Shown here one piece after another: positions 22,667 to 32,046 of a stretch of 36,023 bases of DNA. Origin of the DNA: a virus (lineage: Duplodnaviria > Caudoviricetes); the IMG/VR virus record IMGVR_UViG_3300012943_000021, positions 1 to 36,023 of that record. One strand, 5' to 3'. Under the pieces are notes generated by a model. The model saw nothing but the letters and a program-made list of their open reading frames with translations. It had not been told where the DNA came from and did no database searches. How positions within the stretch are numbered: the stretch's first letter is position 1; each line of letters opens with the position of its first letter. The position numbers and the translations under genes are program-made.

Positions 22667-23535
22667 CAAGCCTGCGTCCGGATGACTGCGTATCCCGAGC
22701 CGGCGGACGCACCAGACCCTGGGGTAATGTAGAGGTTCACGACAGTTGGGCTGCCATAAACGTGAGATGGTGTCGAAGAGTAGGTTCCAACCGCTGCTGG
22801 GTTATTCTGAACCGTGGTCATCAACCTGTCAGTATCGCCTGCATCGCCAACCGTCAGGGCTGGCGAGGTTCCGTTGAATGGTGTCGCGATGATCAGCTCC
22901 ACGCCGAAGACAATCTTGCCTGCCGGCACAGTGAAAAGCGGGAAGGTTGAGATGTCTGACCAGGCGAAGGCGACGGTAGTTACCGTCTCACCTGGCGGCG
23001 CGCCGCTCGAGGCAGCGGTTACAAGCCCCTTGGCGTTGACCGTGATGTTTGCGTTCGTGAACGAGCCAACGTCAGAGTTGACGGTCGCAAGCGTGGTTGG
23101 GATTGAGCTCGTGCCTGAACCTGTAACGTCGCCCGTCAGCGTGATCACGCCTGGAACGATTGATCCTGACCCGTCGAATACCTGCCAACCAACATCGATC
23201 TGAAAACGAAGAGCCCAGCCCTGCTGAAGCACGACTGGAGCCGTCAACGGAACGACTGAAACTGAGTTGTCCTTGACGACGGTAACCGTTACATCGTCTG
23301 AAGAAGCGTTGACAAATGAGACGAGAACAACGTTGCGGCAGACATTATCGGCCGGCGCGAGCATCACGGTGATCGTTGCTGCTGAGGCCTGGTTGCCCTG
23401 CTGGGCGTACTGACCGATCGCGACGCCTGGTGGGGTCGTGGTGTCAGTGGCGTTGGTCATCCAGCCAAGGTTGACCGTACCGCCTGAAGCGACGATCGCC
23501 TTGAGAGATGAGCCTGAGCCGATAAGGTTGATCAT
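22666..23535 (-). CDS. Putative structural fibre/spike protein, 289 aa
   Basis: LTGDVTG...NANITVNAKGLVTAASSG fibre module; beta-rich. Confidence 0.68.
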   Translation of the reverse strand: MINLIGSGSSLKAIVASGGTVNLGWMTNATDTTTPPGVAIGQYAQQGNQASAATITVMLAPADNVCRNVVLVSFVNASSDDVTVTVVKDNSVSVVPLTAPVVLQQGWALRFQIDVGWQVFDGSGSIVPGVITLTGDVTGSGTSSIPTTLATVNSDVGSFTNANITVNAKGLVTAASSGAPPGETVTTVAFAWSDISTFPLFTVPAGKIVFGVELIIATPFNGTSPALTVGDAGDTDRLMTTVQNNPAAVGTYSSTPSHVYGSPTVVNLYITPGSGASAGSGYAVIRTQA

Positions 23536-24371
23536 GCGATCCCCATGCAGTGGAAGGCCATTGGGTTAGGCGCGTACTGCCACACTGGCGGCAAACCTGG
23601 TCCACGGCTCGTGATTGACTGGTACTCGACGCCAGGGTCGGTCCCTGCAAGGTTCCAAGCTCCATCCTCATCGAATAGAATATTTACGCTGCCATCGGTG
23701 CTCAGGGAAATGACCTGCCCCTCAAGCGAGAGCTCATTCTCTGCGCGGATGCGGGACTGATTTGGTCCAAGCAGGTCAATCAGCGGACCATCGTTCTGGT
23801 CTGGGGCGCCGATCGTCAGCGTCGGTCTGAAGGCGGCGGTGTCGTCATACTCGAACTTGAAGATTTCTTCGTTACCTTCGAAGGTGCCTGGGTCCGTGCC
23901 GGCAAACTGGACGGCGCCAGGACCACCAACAGAACCTGCACCACCGCCACCAGAGCCATCCTCTGCATAGGTGATGCGACCCTTGGCGTCAACCGTAACG
24001 TTGGCGTTGAGGTACGTGCCAGGGGTGACGCCTGTTGGCGAGAGCTCGGTGACCGTGCTGTGGACTGACGTGGTGACGTCGCCCGTCAGGGCAGGGAACA
24101 TCGCGCGCCAGGTGCCAGCTACGTTCTGGTAAACCAGCCCAGTGTCGGTAGCGAAGTACAGGTAGCCGTGCTCACCTGAGCCCAGGCTTGAGGCGAGCCC
24201 CTGAAAGACGGTCGTTGGACCGTAGCTCTCAGCTGAGCCGTCATAGACGAAGCCGACGCCTGAGCTGTTGTCCTCACCGCGCAGGTAGTAATACCATGGG
24301 TTGGTCAGGCGGCCATTCTTGTCGATGACCGGCGTTGTTTGCAGCGGGATCAGACCACGTGAGACTGCCAT
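23532..24371 (-). CDS. Putative tail needle/fibre protein, about 279 aa
   Basis: N-terminal PVIDKNGRLTNPWYYYL; LTGDVT...NVTVDAKGRIT module; GGAGG RBS. Confidence 0.62.
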   Translation of the reverse strand: MAVSRGLIPLQTTPVIDKNGRLTNPWYYYLRGEDNSSGVGFVYDGSAESYGPTTVFQGLASSLGSGEHGYLYFATDTGLVYQNVAGTWRAMFPALTGDVTTSVHSTVTELSPTGVTPGTYLNANVTVDAKGRITYAEDGSGGGGAGSVGGPGAVQFAGTDPGTFEGNEEIFKFEYDDTAAFRPTLTIGAPDQNDGPLIDLLGPNQSRIRAENELSLEGQVISLSTDGSVNILFDEDGAWNLAGTDPGVEYQSITSRGPGLPPVWQYAPNPMAFHCMGIA

Positions 24372-24380
24372 CAAGCCTCC

Positions 24381-25820
24381 TTATGCGATCTTCTGGAACA
24401 TCACGCTGACCCAGGTGTTCTGCGCGCCACCGAAGGACGTAGCAGTTTCACCGTGCGCGTTTGTGCCAGTGTTGGCGTCGATCGACTGTACGGCGATGTT
24501 GGCTGGGGAAAGCAGGATGAACACTCCCTGGAAGTAGTATGGGACGTTGTTGCGACCGTCACCGCCACGGTTCCAACCGGCATTGCTGTAGCAGATTGTC
24601 GACCCGGCGGTGACGTTCTGCAGGCGCGTCTTGTGGTCGTCGTTCGCGAAGAAGACGGTGTAGCCGCTGGCAATGTATGTGCCAGCAGGCAGGGTAACCA
24701 TGTTTGCAGCAAGCGAAGCGCCAGAGATCGTGTTGATCTGCACCGAGTTCAGTGGGCGGGTGGTCCATGACGTCGTACCGTTGCCGCCGTTGCCGGACGT
24801 GCTGTGGTGAGCGATCATCACCGAGATGGCGATTGGTGGATCTGGTGGTGGGGGTGGAACGGCGCCAGCGATGACCCAGTCGGTGCCGTCAAACAGCACG
24901 CGCGTGGACATGCCCGCGAAGATCACGGCTGGGATGTAGGTGTTGTCGTAGTCGATCTGGTAGATGCCGATATCGCCAGTTCCTGAGACGTTCAGGGTTG
25001 GGGTTGCTCCACCATCCGTGTCGAAGGTGACGTCATAGCTGTCGTTGACGCCAAGCGTTGCTGCTGGATCTGGGGTCAGGACGAAGGCGCCTGCAGTGCC
25101 AACAGCCTCATAGACCGTGTTGCGGTCCAGGATAGCCACAGCACCGTTGGCAACGGACGTCTGGAGGGCGTTGATGCGACCGCCGGCCGTGTCCAGGTCT
25201 GAGTAGTTGAGCGACTGAGTGTAGGCAACACCTGCGGCGTCGACCGTTGCACCGGCAGCCGTGTTGACGGACCAGTAGGCCTCCTCAATCGTGTTGATGA
25301 TGGCATCGCCGTAAATCGTAACGTAGGTGATGTCTGAGATGACCGTAACGGCGGTCACCGTACCATAGGTCGTGCCACCCTCGCCGGAGTTGACAAGCTT
25401 GACGCGGTTGCCCACGGCAAACTCTACAGAGTGGTTGTCCTCAACTGAGAACTGGGTTGCCGAGATGAAGGTTGGTTCACCTACAAGGTTCCAGACCGTG
25501 TTGGCTGGACCTGAGCCGGCTACCTGCGATGGCTGGATGCCGATGATGTTCTCACCAACCTGGATCTGGTTGCCATTGACGTCGAGGAGCTCAAAGTTGT
25601 ACGCAACGCCCTGGTCGAGCCAGATAGGAGTGCGGTTGTAGCCGCTCTCATCCAGCTCGATTGGGTTGGAGTTTGGAACATCGCCGTCCTGGTCGCTGTA
25701 CGTTGTCCCCTCAACAGACCACGAAGGGTACAGGTAGGTGCGGATCGTGCCGTTGGACACGATGTTGTTGTTTGTGTCGAAGAACTGTTCGGCGTTCCAG
25801 ATTGGAGAGTAAAACTTCAT
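24381..25820 (-). CDS. Tailspike/tail fibre with head-binding-type N-terminal domain, 479 aa
   Basis: QFFDTNN...NGTIRTY...TYSDQDG..PNSNPIELDESG N-terminus typical of P22-like particle-binding domains. Confidence 0.8.
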   Translation of the reverse strand: MKFYSPIWNAEQFFDTNNNIVSNGTIRTYLYPSWSVEGTTYSDQDGDVPNSNPIELDESGYNRTPIWLDQGVAYNFELLDVNGNQIQVGENIIGIQPSQVAGSGPANTVWNLVGEPTFISATQFSVEDNHSVEFAVGNRVKLVNSGEGGTTYGTVTAVTVISDITYVTIYGDAIINTIEEAYWSVNTAAGATVDAAGVAYTQSLNYSDLDTAGGRINALQTSVANGAVAILDRNTVYEAVGTAGAFVLTPDPAATLGVNDSYDVTFDTDGGATPTLNVSGTGDIGIYQIDYDNTYIPAVIFAGMSTRVLFDGTDWVIAGAVPPPPPDPPIAISVMIAHHSTSGNGGNGTTSWTTRPLNSVQINTISGASLAANMVTLPAGTYIASGYTVFFANDDHKTRLQNVTAGSTICYSNAGWNRGGDGRNNVPYYFQGVFILLSPANIAVQSIDANTGTNAHGETATSFGGAQNTWVSVMFQKIA

Positions 25821-25829
25821 GCAGCTCTC

Positions 25830-26855
25830 TTATGATGGGCGGTAGCGAACAAGCGCTCCACCAAGGAAGTAGAAGGTCGTGCCAGGGGCAAACTGGTTGG
25901 CGTAGAACTTGAAGCCGGTCAGTCCTGCTTCGGATACGTCGTACACAAACTCAGTCGAGCCGCGCACGAGCGGGATGTCAGCGTAGGTTCCCCAGTCGTC
26001 CAGCGGTGCCCAACCGTTGACTGTCCAGCCAGCCGCGGTGTTTGTTGGCTGGTAGGAGTTGAACGTTCCCTGTAGGGTCCAGTTCAGCAGCAACGTGCCA
26101 TATGCGCCGGTTGGGAACTTGACCTGGGTCTTCCACCAGGTGTCCTCTTCCTCAGGCTGATCTGCGCCAATGTAAAAGCTATCACCAGAGCTGCGGCTGC
26201 CCATGATCGCAAACTGGGCCTGAATGCAGAACGCGTCGCCGTCGTTGAAGTAGTCGCCGTTGACCCAGCGGCTCCAGTTTGGAGTGAAGATCGTGGAGCC
26301 CGAGTTGTTACCCATGATGACCGTCGTTGGGTAGATCTCAAGCGTCTCAGCCGTACCGACTGGAGGACCAGACCAGTACTGCATCGTCGGATTTGGGTCC
26401 TCACCACCGTGGATGTGCAGGCGGAGCCAGGCATCATCTGGGTCGATCTCGTCGTCAACGACTGATGGTACACCACCAAAGGTGCCGTCATCATTGAACT
26501 GCAGGTCTGGGGTGTCGCCACCAGGGGTAGCACCACCACCACCACCTCCACCTGAGGATGGAGAGCCGACGCCGTTGACGTTCTCGAGGTCGAACTGCCA
26601 GACACCGTGCACATCGTACACGGAGAAGTTGTAGCCGCCATCAGCCTGCCAGATTGGGTTCGTCAGCAGGCCATCTGGGGTCAGAGGAACAGGGTTTGGG
26701 TTTGCAGGATCATCGTCAGCCTGACCTGTGTAGGTGTTCTTCTGCTCAGACCACGAAGGGTAGGCGTAGGCCTCGATGTAGCCATTTGCTAGGACCTGAC
26801 CGTTGCGGTTGGTCAGGCGCTGGCCGTTGAATGCTGGTGACAGGTAGCGGGACAT
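25830..26855 (-). CDS. Second tailspike/fibre with a paralogous head-binding-type domain, 341 aa
   Basis: NGQVLANGYIEAYAYPSWS..NTY...NPNPVPLTPDG; TAATG coupling to the upstream gene. Confidence 0.78.
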   Translation of the reverse strand: MSRYLSPAFNGQRLTNRNGQVLANGYIEAYAYPSWSEQKNTYTGQADDDPANPNPVPLTPDGLLTNPIWQADGGYNFSVYDVHGVWQFDLENVNGVGSPSSGGGGGGGATPGGDTPDLQFNDDGTFGGVPSVVDDEIDPDDAWLRLHIHGGEDPNPTMQYWSGPPVGTAETLEIYPTTVIMGNNSGSTIFTPNWSRWVNGDYFNDGDAFCIQAQFAIMGSRSSGDSFYIGADQPEEEDTWWKTQVKFPTGAYGTLLLNWTLQGTFNSYQPTNTAAGWTVNGWAPLDDWGTYADIPLVRGSTEFVYDVSEAGLTGFKFYANQFAPGTTFYFLGGALVRYRPS

Positions 26856-28207
26856 TATTTTCTCCACACCTGGTCTAGGTAGCGGCCGATGACACTATTT
26901 AGTCCCAGCGGCTCCTGGGACTGGGCTGACAGAATTGGGGTTGCTGAAGCTGCGTTCTGCACGTAGTTCTGCGCGCCTGGGTTTGCCGCGTACGTCATCG
27001 CGCCGCGGTTGACGGCACCCTCAAACATGTCACCAGCCTGCTTGGCTCCGGTGGCGATACCACCGCCGAGGCCACCAATGATGGTTCCGGAACCTGGGAT
27101 GACGGCATCTGCCGCATTACCAAGCACAGCACCAGCGACGGCGCCAGGGGCACCATGCGTAACAGTGCTGACAGCATCGCTACCAATCTCGCCCCACGTT
27201 GGTGCAAACGTATTCTCGACTGCCTTGCGGTCCTGCTGAGTGACCAGGTCCTTGACGCGCTGCGCATATGCTGGGAGCGGCTTACCTGCGTTTTCAGGCA
27301 GGTCCCACACCCATTTGCCCTTGCCGGACATTCTGCCGAGCATGTCCTCGGCCATCTCTACAGCTTCCGCTGGAGTGGTTGCCTTGCCCTTTTCACCTAC
27401 GGTTGGAAAGGCTTCCTTGAGCTTCTTCACGGCCTCGCGGCTTGCGACCTTGTCGCCTGAGCGAGCCTTGGTGATCAGGTCGCTAAGCGTCTTGTTGATC
27501 TGGTTCTTGCCGAGCTTGGTGATCGCGTAGTCAAAGGTCTTTAGAACTCCAGCTGCTGCACCAGACAGTGCGCCGCCGATGACTGCTCCCGTAGCTGCGC
27601 CAGCGACTGCCTCGCCAGGGGTAGTTCCCTCAGCGGCACCTGCAACCGCTCCCATGCCGGCCCCTGTTCCGATGATACCAGGAAGGGACTTTGCTCCTCC
27701 TGCAGCGACGCCCTTAACTGCGGCTCCGAGTGAGGTAACTGCGGGAACAGCTGCTCCTGTGATGTAGGCGCCAGGGTGTTCATTGAATGCGGTGGCATTG
27801 GCTTCCTTCTCTCCCTTGACTTCAGCGAGAACACCTTCCCACGTGAATGGGCGGTTCATCTGGTTGGCGGCGGACTGCACGCGGTCGATTGGCTTACCGA
27901 CGCGCTTCTCCTTGAAGCGCTGGCCACCAAGCGAGCGGGCAGAGGTCTTTGGGTAATCCTTTGAGTACGTCGTGGTCGTGTCAGACGAGCCCATGATCAG
28001 CTCAGCTGCAGCATCACCTGCCCCGTGCGACAGCGCCTTGAACCACTTGCCTGTTCCCAGGGAAGCGGCGTTGGCGAAGCCACGGCCGAAGGCCTCAGAG
28101 CGAGAGGTCTTCTGACCTTCTGGTGCTGCTGCCTGGGTAATGCTTTCGTCCTCACGCCAGTCAGTCTTGACCGGCACGAGGCTGTCGTCGTCTTTCCAAT
28201 CGGCCAT
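26855..28207 (-). CDS. Putative DNA ejection (internal virion) protein 3, 450 aa
   Basis: Ala/Gly-rich hydrophobic helices; RGFANAASLG motif; third in the ejection-gene position. Confidence 0.68.
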   Translation of the reverse strand: MADWKDDDSLVPVKTDWREDESITQAAAPEGQKTSRSEAFGRGFANAASLGTGKWFKALSHGAGDAAAELIMGSSDTTTTYSKDYPKTSARSLGGQRFKEKRVGKPIDRVQSAANQMNRPFTWEGVLAEVKGEKEANATAFNEHPGAYITGAAVPAVTSLGAAVKGVAAGGAKSLPGIIGTGAGMGAVAGAAEGTTPGEAVAGAATGAVIGGALSGAAAGVLKTFDYAITKLGKNQINKTLSDLITKARSGDKVASREAVKKLKEAFPTVGEKGKATTPAEAVEMAEDMLGRMSGKGKWVWDLPENAGKPLPAYAQRVKDLVTQQDRKAVENTFAPTWGEIGSDAVSTVTHGAPGAVAGAVLGNAADAVIPGSGTIIGGLGGGIATGAKQAGDMFEGAVNRGAMTYAANPGAQNYVQNAASATPILSAQSQEPLGLNSVIGRYLDQVWRK

Positions 28208-29658
28208 TACTGTACCTCTACGAGACCGCGGGCCTTGGCTTCAGCGACCTCATTTGATGGAACGTCGTAGGTCTTTCCACCTGGCGACTTCATCTTGGTC
28301 GTGCGAGGACCAGATGGAGCTGCACCGGCGGCAGCACCTGCGCCAGCGATGGTTGGAGCTGCACCGATCTTGACGCCGCGCTCGATGATTGGGTCGTACT
28401 GAGCTGACTGCGTCTTGAGGTCCTGCATCAGGGCAGACATGGACATCTGGGTCCAGGTCTTGTCTGGGTTGGACTGGGTGATGCGCTCATACGCCAGCTT
28501 AGCAGCAACGAAGTCAGGATCGTTCATGAACTTCGAGGCCATCTGCGAGAAGAACACGGATGGACGGGACTGCATGCTGGCAGCGTCGACGCCGGTCAGC
28601 TTGCTGTTGAAGCGGTTGATCGCGTTGATGCCATTGTCGATCACGCTCTTCTGGTTGTTGGCCGTCAGGGCCGCGGTTACTGCAGCCGCGCGCTCGGACT
28701 GTGGGTTGATGATGCTGGTCAAGTACGTGCTTGCGACAGGGTCCTGCATCAGCTGTGCCGCAGACATACCAAGGTAGCGCTTGTCGCCAGCCGCTTCCGC
28801 GACACGAGCGCCGAGGGACTTCGAAAGGTCTGAGTTAGGGTCGCGACCGGCAGGGCCGAAGTAGGTGGCCTTGTCCTGGGCGAGCTTCTCCTGGGCGGCT
28901 GCATCTGAAGCAGCAAGCTGCCAGGCAGCACCCTCAGCCGGGTTGTAGTGGTAAGGAGCTGGAACCATCTGGCCCTGCTCATCACGCTCCATTCCTGGAG
29001 GTGGTTCACCAACGATGGCGGTTACCTGGAGGGACTTGCCGAACTGGTCCTGCAGGCCCTTGAGGTTCTTGGCATAGAAGGTGTCAAGCATCTTCTGCTG
29101 GTCTGGCGTTGGGGCCATGCCGATACCGTTGTTGACGCGGTATGCTTCCATGATGTTAGACAAGTGACCGCGCGCGGAGACTGCAAGGTTGCCTGCCGCC
29201 TCGTCATTGCTGATCTGCATCTGGCGCTGGAGCAGCTCGGTCGTTGCAAGACCCATTGCTGACTGCTTGTTCTGCAGGGCCTGCGCCTGGTTGGCAAGGT
29301 CGTGGGCAGCGACGGACTGTGCTTCCTCATAGAAGCCAGCCTTGGCTGCAGCTGCTGCGTAGCCGACGGTATCGATGACCATCTGTGGCTTGGCGACCTC
29401 GGTGTTGCTGAGCTCATCGAGCGTCTTGCTCTTGAGGTCCTTGAGGTCGGCGCCAACTGGCTCGATCTCATGCACGTAGTGCTCTGAGTTGTTCGTCTGC
29501 CATTCCTTCCACTTCTGCTGACGCACCTTGAGGGCGGTGTCAGCCTGGATGCCTGGCAGCTCGGCCATGGTACGGGCAAGGTTCGCGTACTCGGCGAACT
29601 GGTTGATGACTGGCTCAGCTGGCTTTACGCTCAGCGAGATTGACGGGTCGATGGCCAT
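28207..29658 (-). CDS. Putative DNA ejection protein 2 (P22 gp20 position), 483 aa
   Basis: MAIDPSISL N-terminus; Ala/Gln-rich helical; TAATG coupling. Confidence 0.68.
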   Translation of the reverse strand: MAIDPSISLSVKPAEPVINQFAEYANLARTMAELPGIQADTALKVRQQKWKEWQTNNSEHYVHEIEPVGADLKDLKSKTLDELSNTEVAKPQMVIDTVGYAAAAAKAGFYEEAQSVAAHDLANQAQALQNKQSAMGLATTELLQRQMQISNDEAAGNLAVSARGHLSNIMEAYRVNNGIGMAPTPDQQKMLDTFYAKNLKGLQDQFGKSLQVTAIVGEPPPGMERDEQGQMVPAPYHYNPAEGAAWQLAASDAAAQEKLAQDKATYFGPAGRDPNSDLSKSLGARVAEAAGDKRYLGMSAAQLMQDPVASTYLTSIINPQSERAAAVTAALTANNQKSVIDNGINAINRFNSKLTGVDAASMQSRPSVFFSQMASKFMNDPDFVAAKLAYERITQSNPDKTWTQMSMSALMQDLKTQSAQYDPIIERGVKIGAAPTIAGAGAAAGAAPSGPRTTKMKSPGGKTYDVPSNEVAEAKARGLVEVQ

Positions 29659-30968
29659 TACACTGGGCCTCCAAGTTGTGGTGCTGGTGCGACGCGGTTC
29701 AGGTACTGGTAGCCAAGGTAGCCGCTGATGCCCTGGCCGATTGCGCCAGAGACCGCATTAGCAGCACCCACAGTTCCAGCTGCCGAAGCTGCAGCACCTG
29801 CCGTGTTGTAGCCAGTTGCAGCACCGATACCAGCCATGGTGTTTGCTGAAATGTTCTGACCAAGGCCCGAAGCAGCCGCGTTGGCGTTGTTGGTGGCACC
29901 GTTACCGGCGAGCTGCATCAGGTTCGAGATGTTCGACTGCTGCTGCGTCAGGTAGCGGGAGAACGCGTCGTTGTAGAACGTGTTGGTTGTGTTGAGGGCG
30001 AAGCTTGTCTGGTCGCGTGAAGCCTGGCCACCTGAGATGCCGTGTGCAGCATTGTAGTTGGCAAGCGACTTCGACCCCTGGTTCATGATGAAGTCGTACG
30101 ATGGGTCGACGTTCTGTGCCCACTTGTCTGGACCGAACGAGGCGATCAGGCTGCCTGGCGAGTAAGAGCCTGCTGCCTGGTCGAGCTGGTCCTGGGATGC
30201 GCCGTAGTTGCGTGGATCGACGTTGCCGATGCCAGAGATGTTAAGGCCTGCTGGAGGCGGGGTAGCCGCATCTCCTGCACCTTGAGCACCGCCCATCACA
30301 GCACCTGCTACGCGGCCAAGCATTCCGCCTGCGCCGCGGCCACCAGAGTTGTGAAGGTCGCGGTAGCTGTCAGCGCCCGTAACAGGGTACAGGCTTGGAT
30401 CTGCTTGACCAGCTGGAAGAAATTCCTGCAAACCACCTGCGCCTGGGCGGACTGAGCCGTCTGGCTGAACGTTCATCTGCGGCATGCCGCGTGGGTCCAT
30501 CTTTGGACCAGACGACATTCCCTGTGCGTTGACCATTGGTGGTGTGCCTGGGGTCTGCACCCAGCCCTGACCACCTGGGCCTGGCTGAGCGCCTGCGCCG
30601 CCGGTCGTTGGGGTTCCTGGAGGAGCCTGAGGACCGGTCTGTGGTGCCGTCATGCGACCGAGGCCGAGACCAGACATAAGCGCCGACATGGCCGCCTGCT
30701 GCGTCTGCAGCTGCGGCGAGAGGTTGGTCATCTGCTGCTGGTAGAGGGCGTAGTTGAGAGCGTTCGTCTCACGGGTTGCCTGAAGCGTGGTGTCAGCTGC
30801 CTGCCCGGCTGCCTTCTTCTGCTTCTTAGCGGCTGAGCTTGATGCTGCAGCGCCTACACCTGCTGAAACGACGGCTCCACCGATGACGGCTGCAGCGACG
30901 AAGCAGTTAGACTTCGGCTGAAAACCTTCGTAGATGAGCTTGCGGATGGCCTTGTCAATCTTGTTCAT
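29658..30968 (-). CDS. DNA ejection/pilot protein (P22 gp7-like), 436 aa
   Basis: VAAAVIGGAVVSAGVGAAASSSAAKKQ hydrophobic N-terminus; DPSYDF..NQG......AA.G..GG motif; follows the GNAT gene. Confidence 0.75.
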   Translation of the reverse strand: MNKIDKAIRKLIYEGFQPKSNCFVAAAVIGGAVVSAGVGAAASSSAAKKQKKAAGQAADTTLQATRETNALNYALYQQQMTNLSPQLQTQQAAMSALMSGLGLGRMTAPQTGPQAPPGTPTTGGAGAQPGPGGQGWVQTPGTPPMVNAQGMSSGPKMDPRGMPQMNVQPDGSVRPGAGGLQEFLPAGQADPSLYPVTGADSYRDLHNSGGRGAGGMLGRVAGAVMGGAQGAGDAATPPPAGLNISGIGNVDPRNYGASQDQLDQAAGSYSPGSLIASFGPDKWAQNVDPSYDFIMNQGSKSLANYNAAHGISGGQASRDQTSFALNTTNTFYNDAFSRYLTQQQSNISNLMQLAGNGATNNANAAASGLGQNISANTMAGIGAATGYNTAGAAASAAGTVGAANAVSGAIGQGISGYLGYQYLNRVAPAPQLGGPV

Positions 30969-30975
30969 AGTACCT

Positions 30976-32046
30976 TCATACGATCTTGGTGAAAGTCAAC
31001 TCGGTTCCCTTGTAACCGAGGCTCTCAAGCAGCTTTGAGTGGTTCAGGTGCAGCTTGGTAGCTGTGATGATCTTGACTACCCCGAGTTCCTTCATGGAAG
31101 CCTCGGCGAACTTGAACATTTCTACCCCGATCTTGGACTTGCGGTGCTCAGGCTTAAGGTAGTACAGGTCGACGATGCCGTGTAGTGTATTTACGTAGTG
31201 AAGCATCGTTCGAACGAGCGAGATGTGGTAGCCAATCAGCTCCCCGTCCTTTCTGACGGTAACCGTGTGCAGGAAGCCATCGTTGTCAAGCTTCTCATAC
31301 GACGCATAGTCGAGGGCAACAGGGACGTCCTGGTGGTCGAGCCCAAGCTCTTCCCAGTGGGGCTGGATGAAGGGCTCAAACTCCTTGACGATGTCATTCC
31401 AGTGCTCAACCTGGTAGGAGATACCTTCAGGATAGACTGGTTCGTAGACCTCTGGTTCAGGGCGGAAGGTGCCTGGCTTGAGCTCCTCAATGCGAAGGTC
31501 GATGACGATGTGGATCCGGTCCTTGTCTGAGTAGTTGATGACCTCATGCTCGAGCTCATTCCTGAAGAAGAAGACGTCTCCAGTCTGGAAGTTCTTCATC
31601 TCATTACCGCACCAGAAGTCCACCTGCCCTTCGGCGGTTACAACCACGTGGAAGCGGCACCAATACCAAGCGTGGGCTGGCGTGTCGGCGTGGCGGTAGA
31701 TGCGACCGCCTGCCTTGACGCGGTTGATCATGATCCGACCGATCCTTGTAGCGCCAACCGTGTTGGCCAGCGCGAGCGCTACCGTCCTTGCCTCAGGAAA
31801 CTTGAAGGAAATTGGCTGCCAGACGCTCTCGTGCTGGTCAATCGACGACAGGTGCTTCTTCAGCTCATGTTCGGTCTGCTTGACAGAGCGAGGTGGGAAG
31901 CGGAGGATGATGCTGTCGGTTTCGCCGAATGGTCCCTGAGGGTAGTCCCGAAGGTAGGTGTCGTCCTGCCAGGCGGTGTGGTTTGCTTCAAGCTCGGCGG
32001 CAAGCCGAGAGGTGTCAATCTTGGAAAGGATCGAAAAGTTGTTCAT
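30976..32046 (-). CDS. Fusion of an aspartyl/asparaginyl beta-hydroxylase-like 2OG-Fe(II) oxygenase and a GNAT acetyltransferase
   Basis: N half: GGRIYRHAD...RFHV...EHEVIN.SDKDRIHIVID; C half: YYLKPEHRKSKIG...LLESLGYK. Confidence 0.85.
   Translation of the reverse strand: MNNFSILSKIDTSRLAAELEANHTAWQDDTYLRDYPQGPFGETDSIILRFPPRSVKQTEHELKKHLSSIDQHESVWQPISFKFPEARTVALALANTVGATRIGRIMINRVKAGGRIYRHADTPAHAWYWCRFHVVVTAEGQVDFWCGNEMKNFQTGDVFFFRNELEHEVINYSDKDRIHIVIDLRIEELKPGTFRPEPEVYEPVYPEGISYQVEHWNDIVKEFEPFIQPHWEELGLDHQDVPVALDYASYEKLDNDGFLHTVTVRKDGELIGYHISLVRTMLHYVNTLHGIVDLYYLKPEHRKSKIGVEMFKFAEASMKELGVVKIITATKLHLNHSKLLESLGYKGTELTFTKIV

Noticed and set aside
19130-26855. Diversity-generating retroelement or invertible tail-fibre cassette
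   Set aside because: No reverse transcriptase or invertase; shared modules are diverged protein-level repeats, and I saw no adenine-specific template/variable pair
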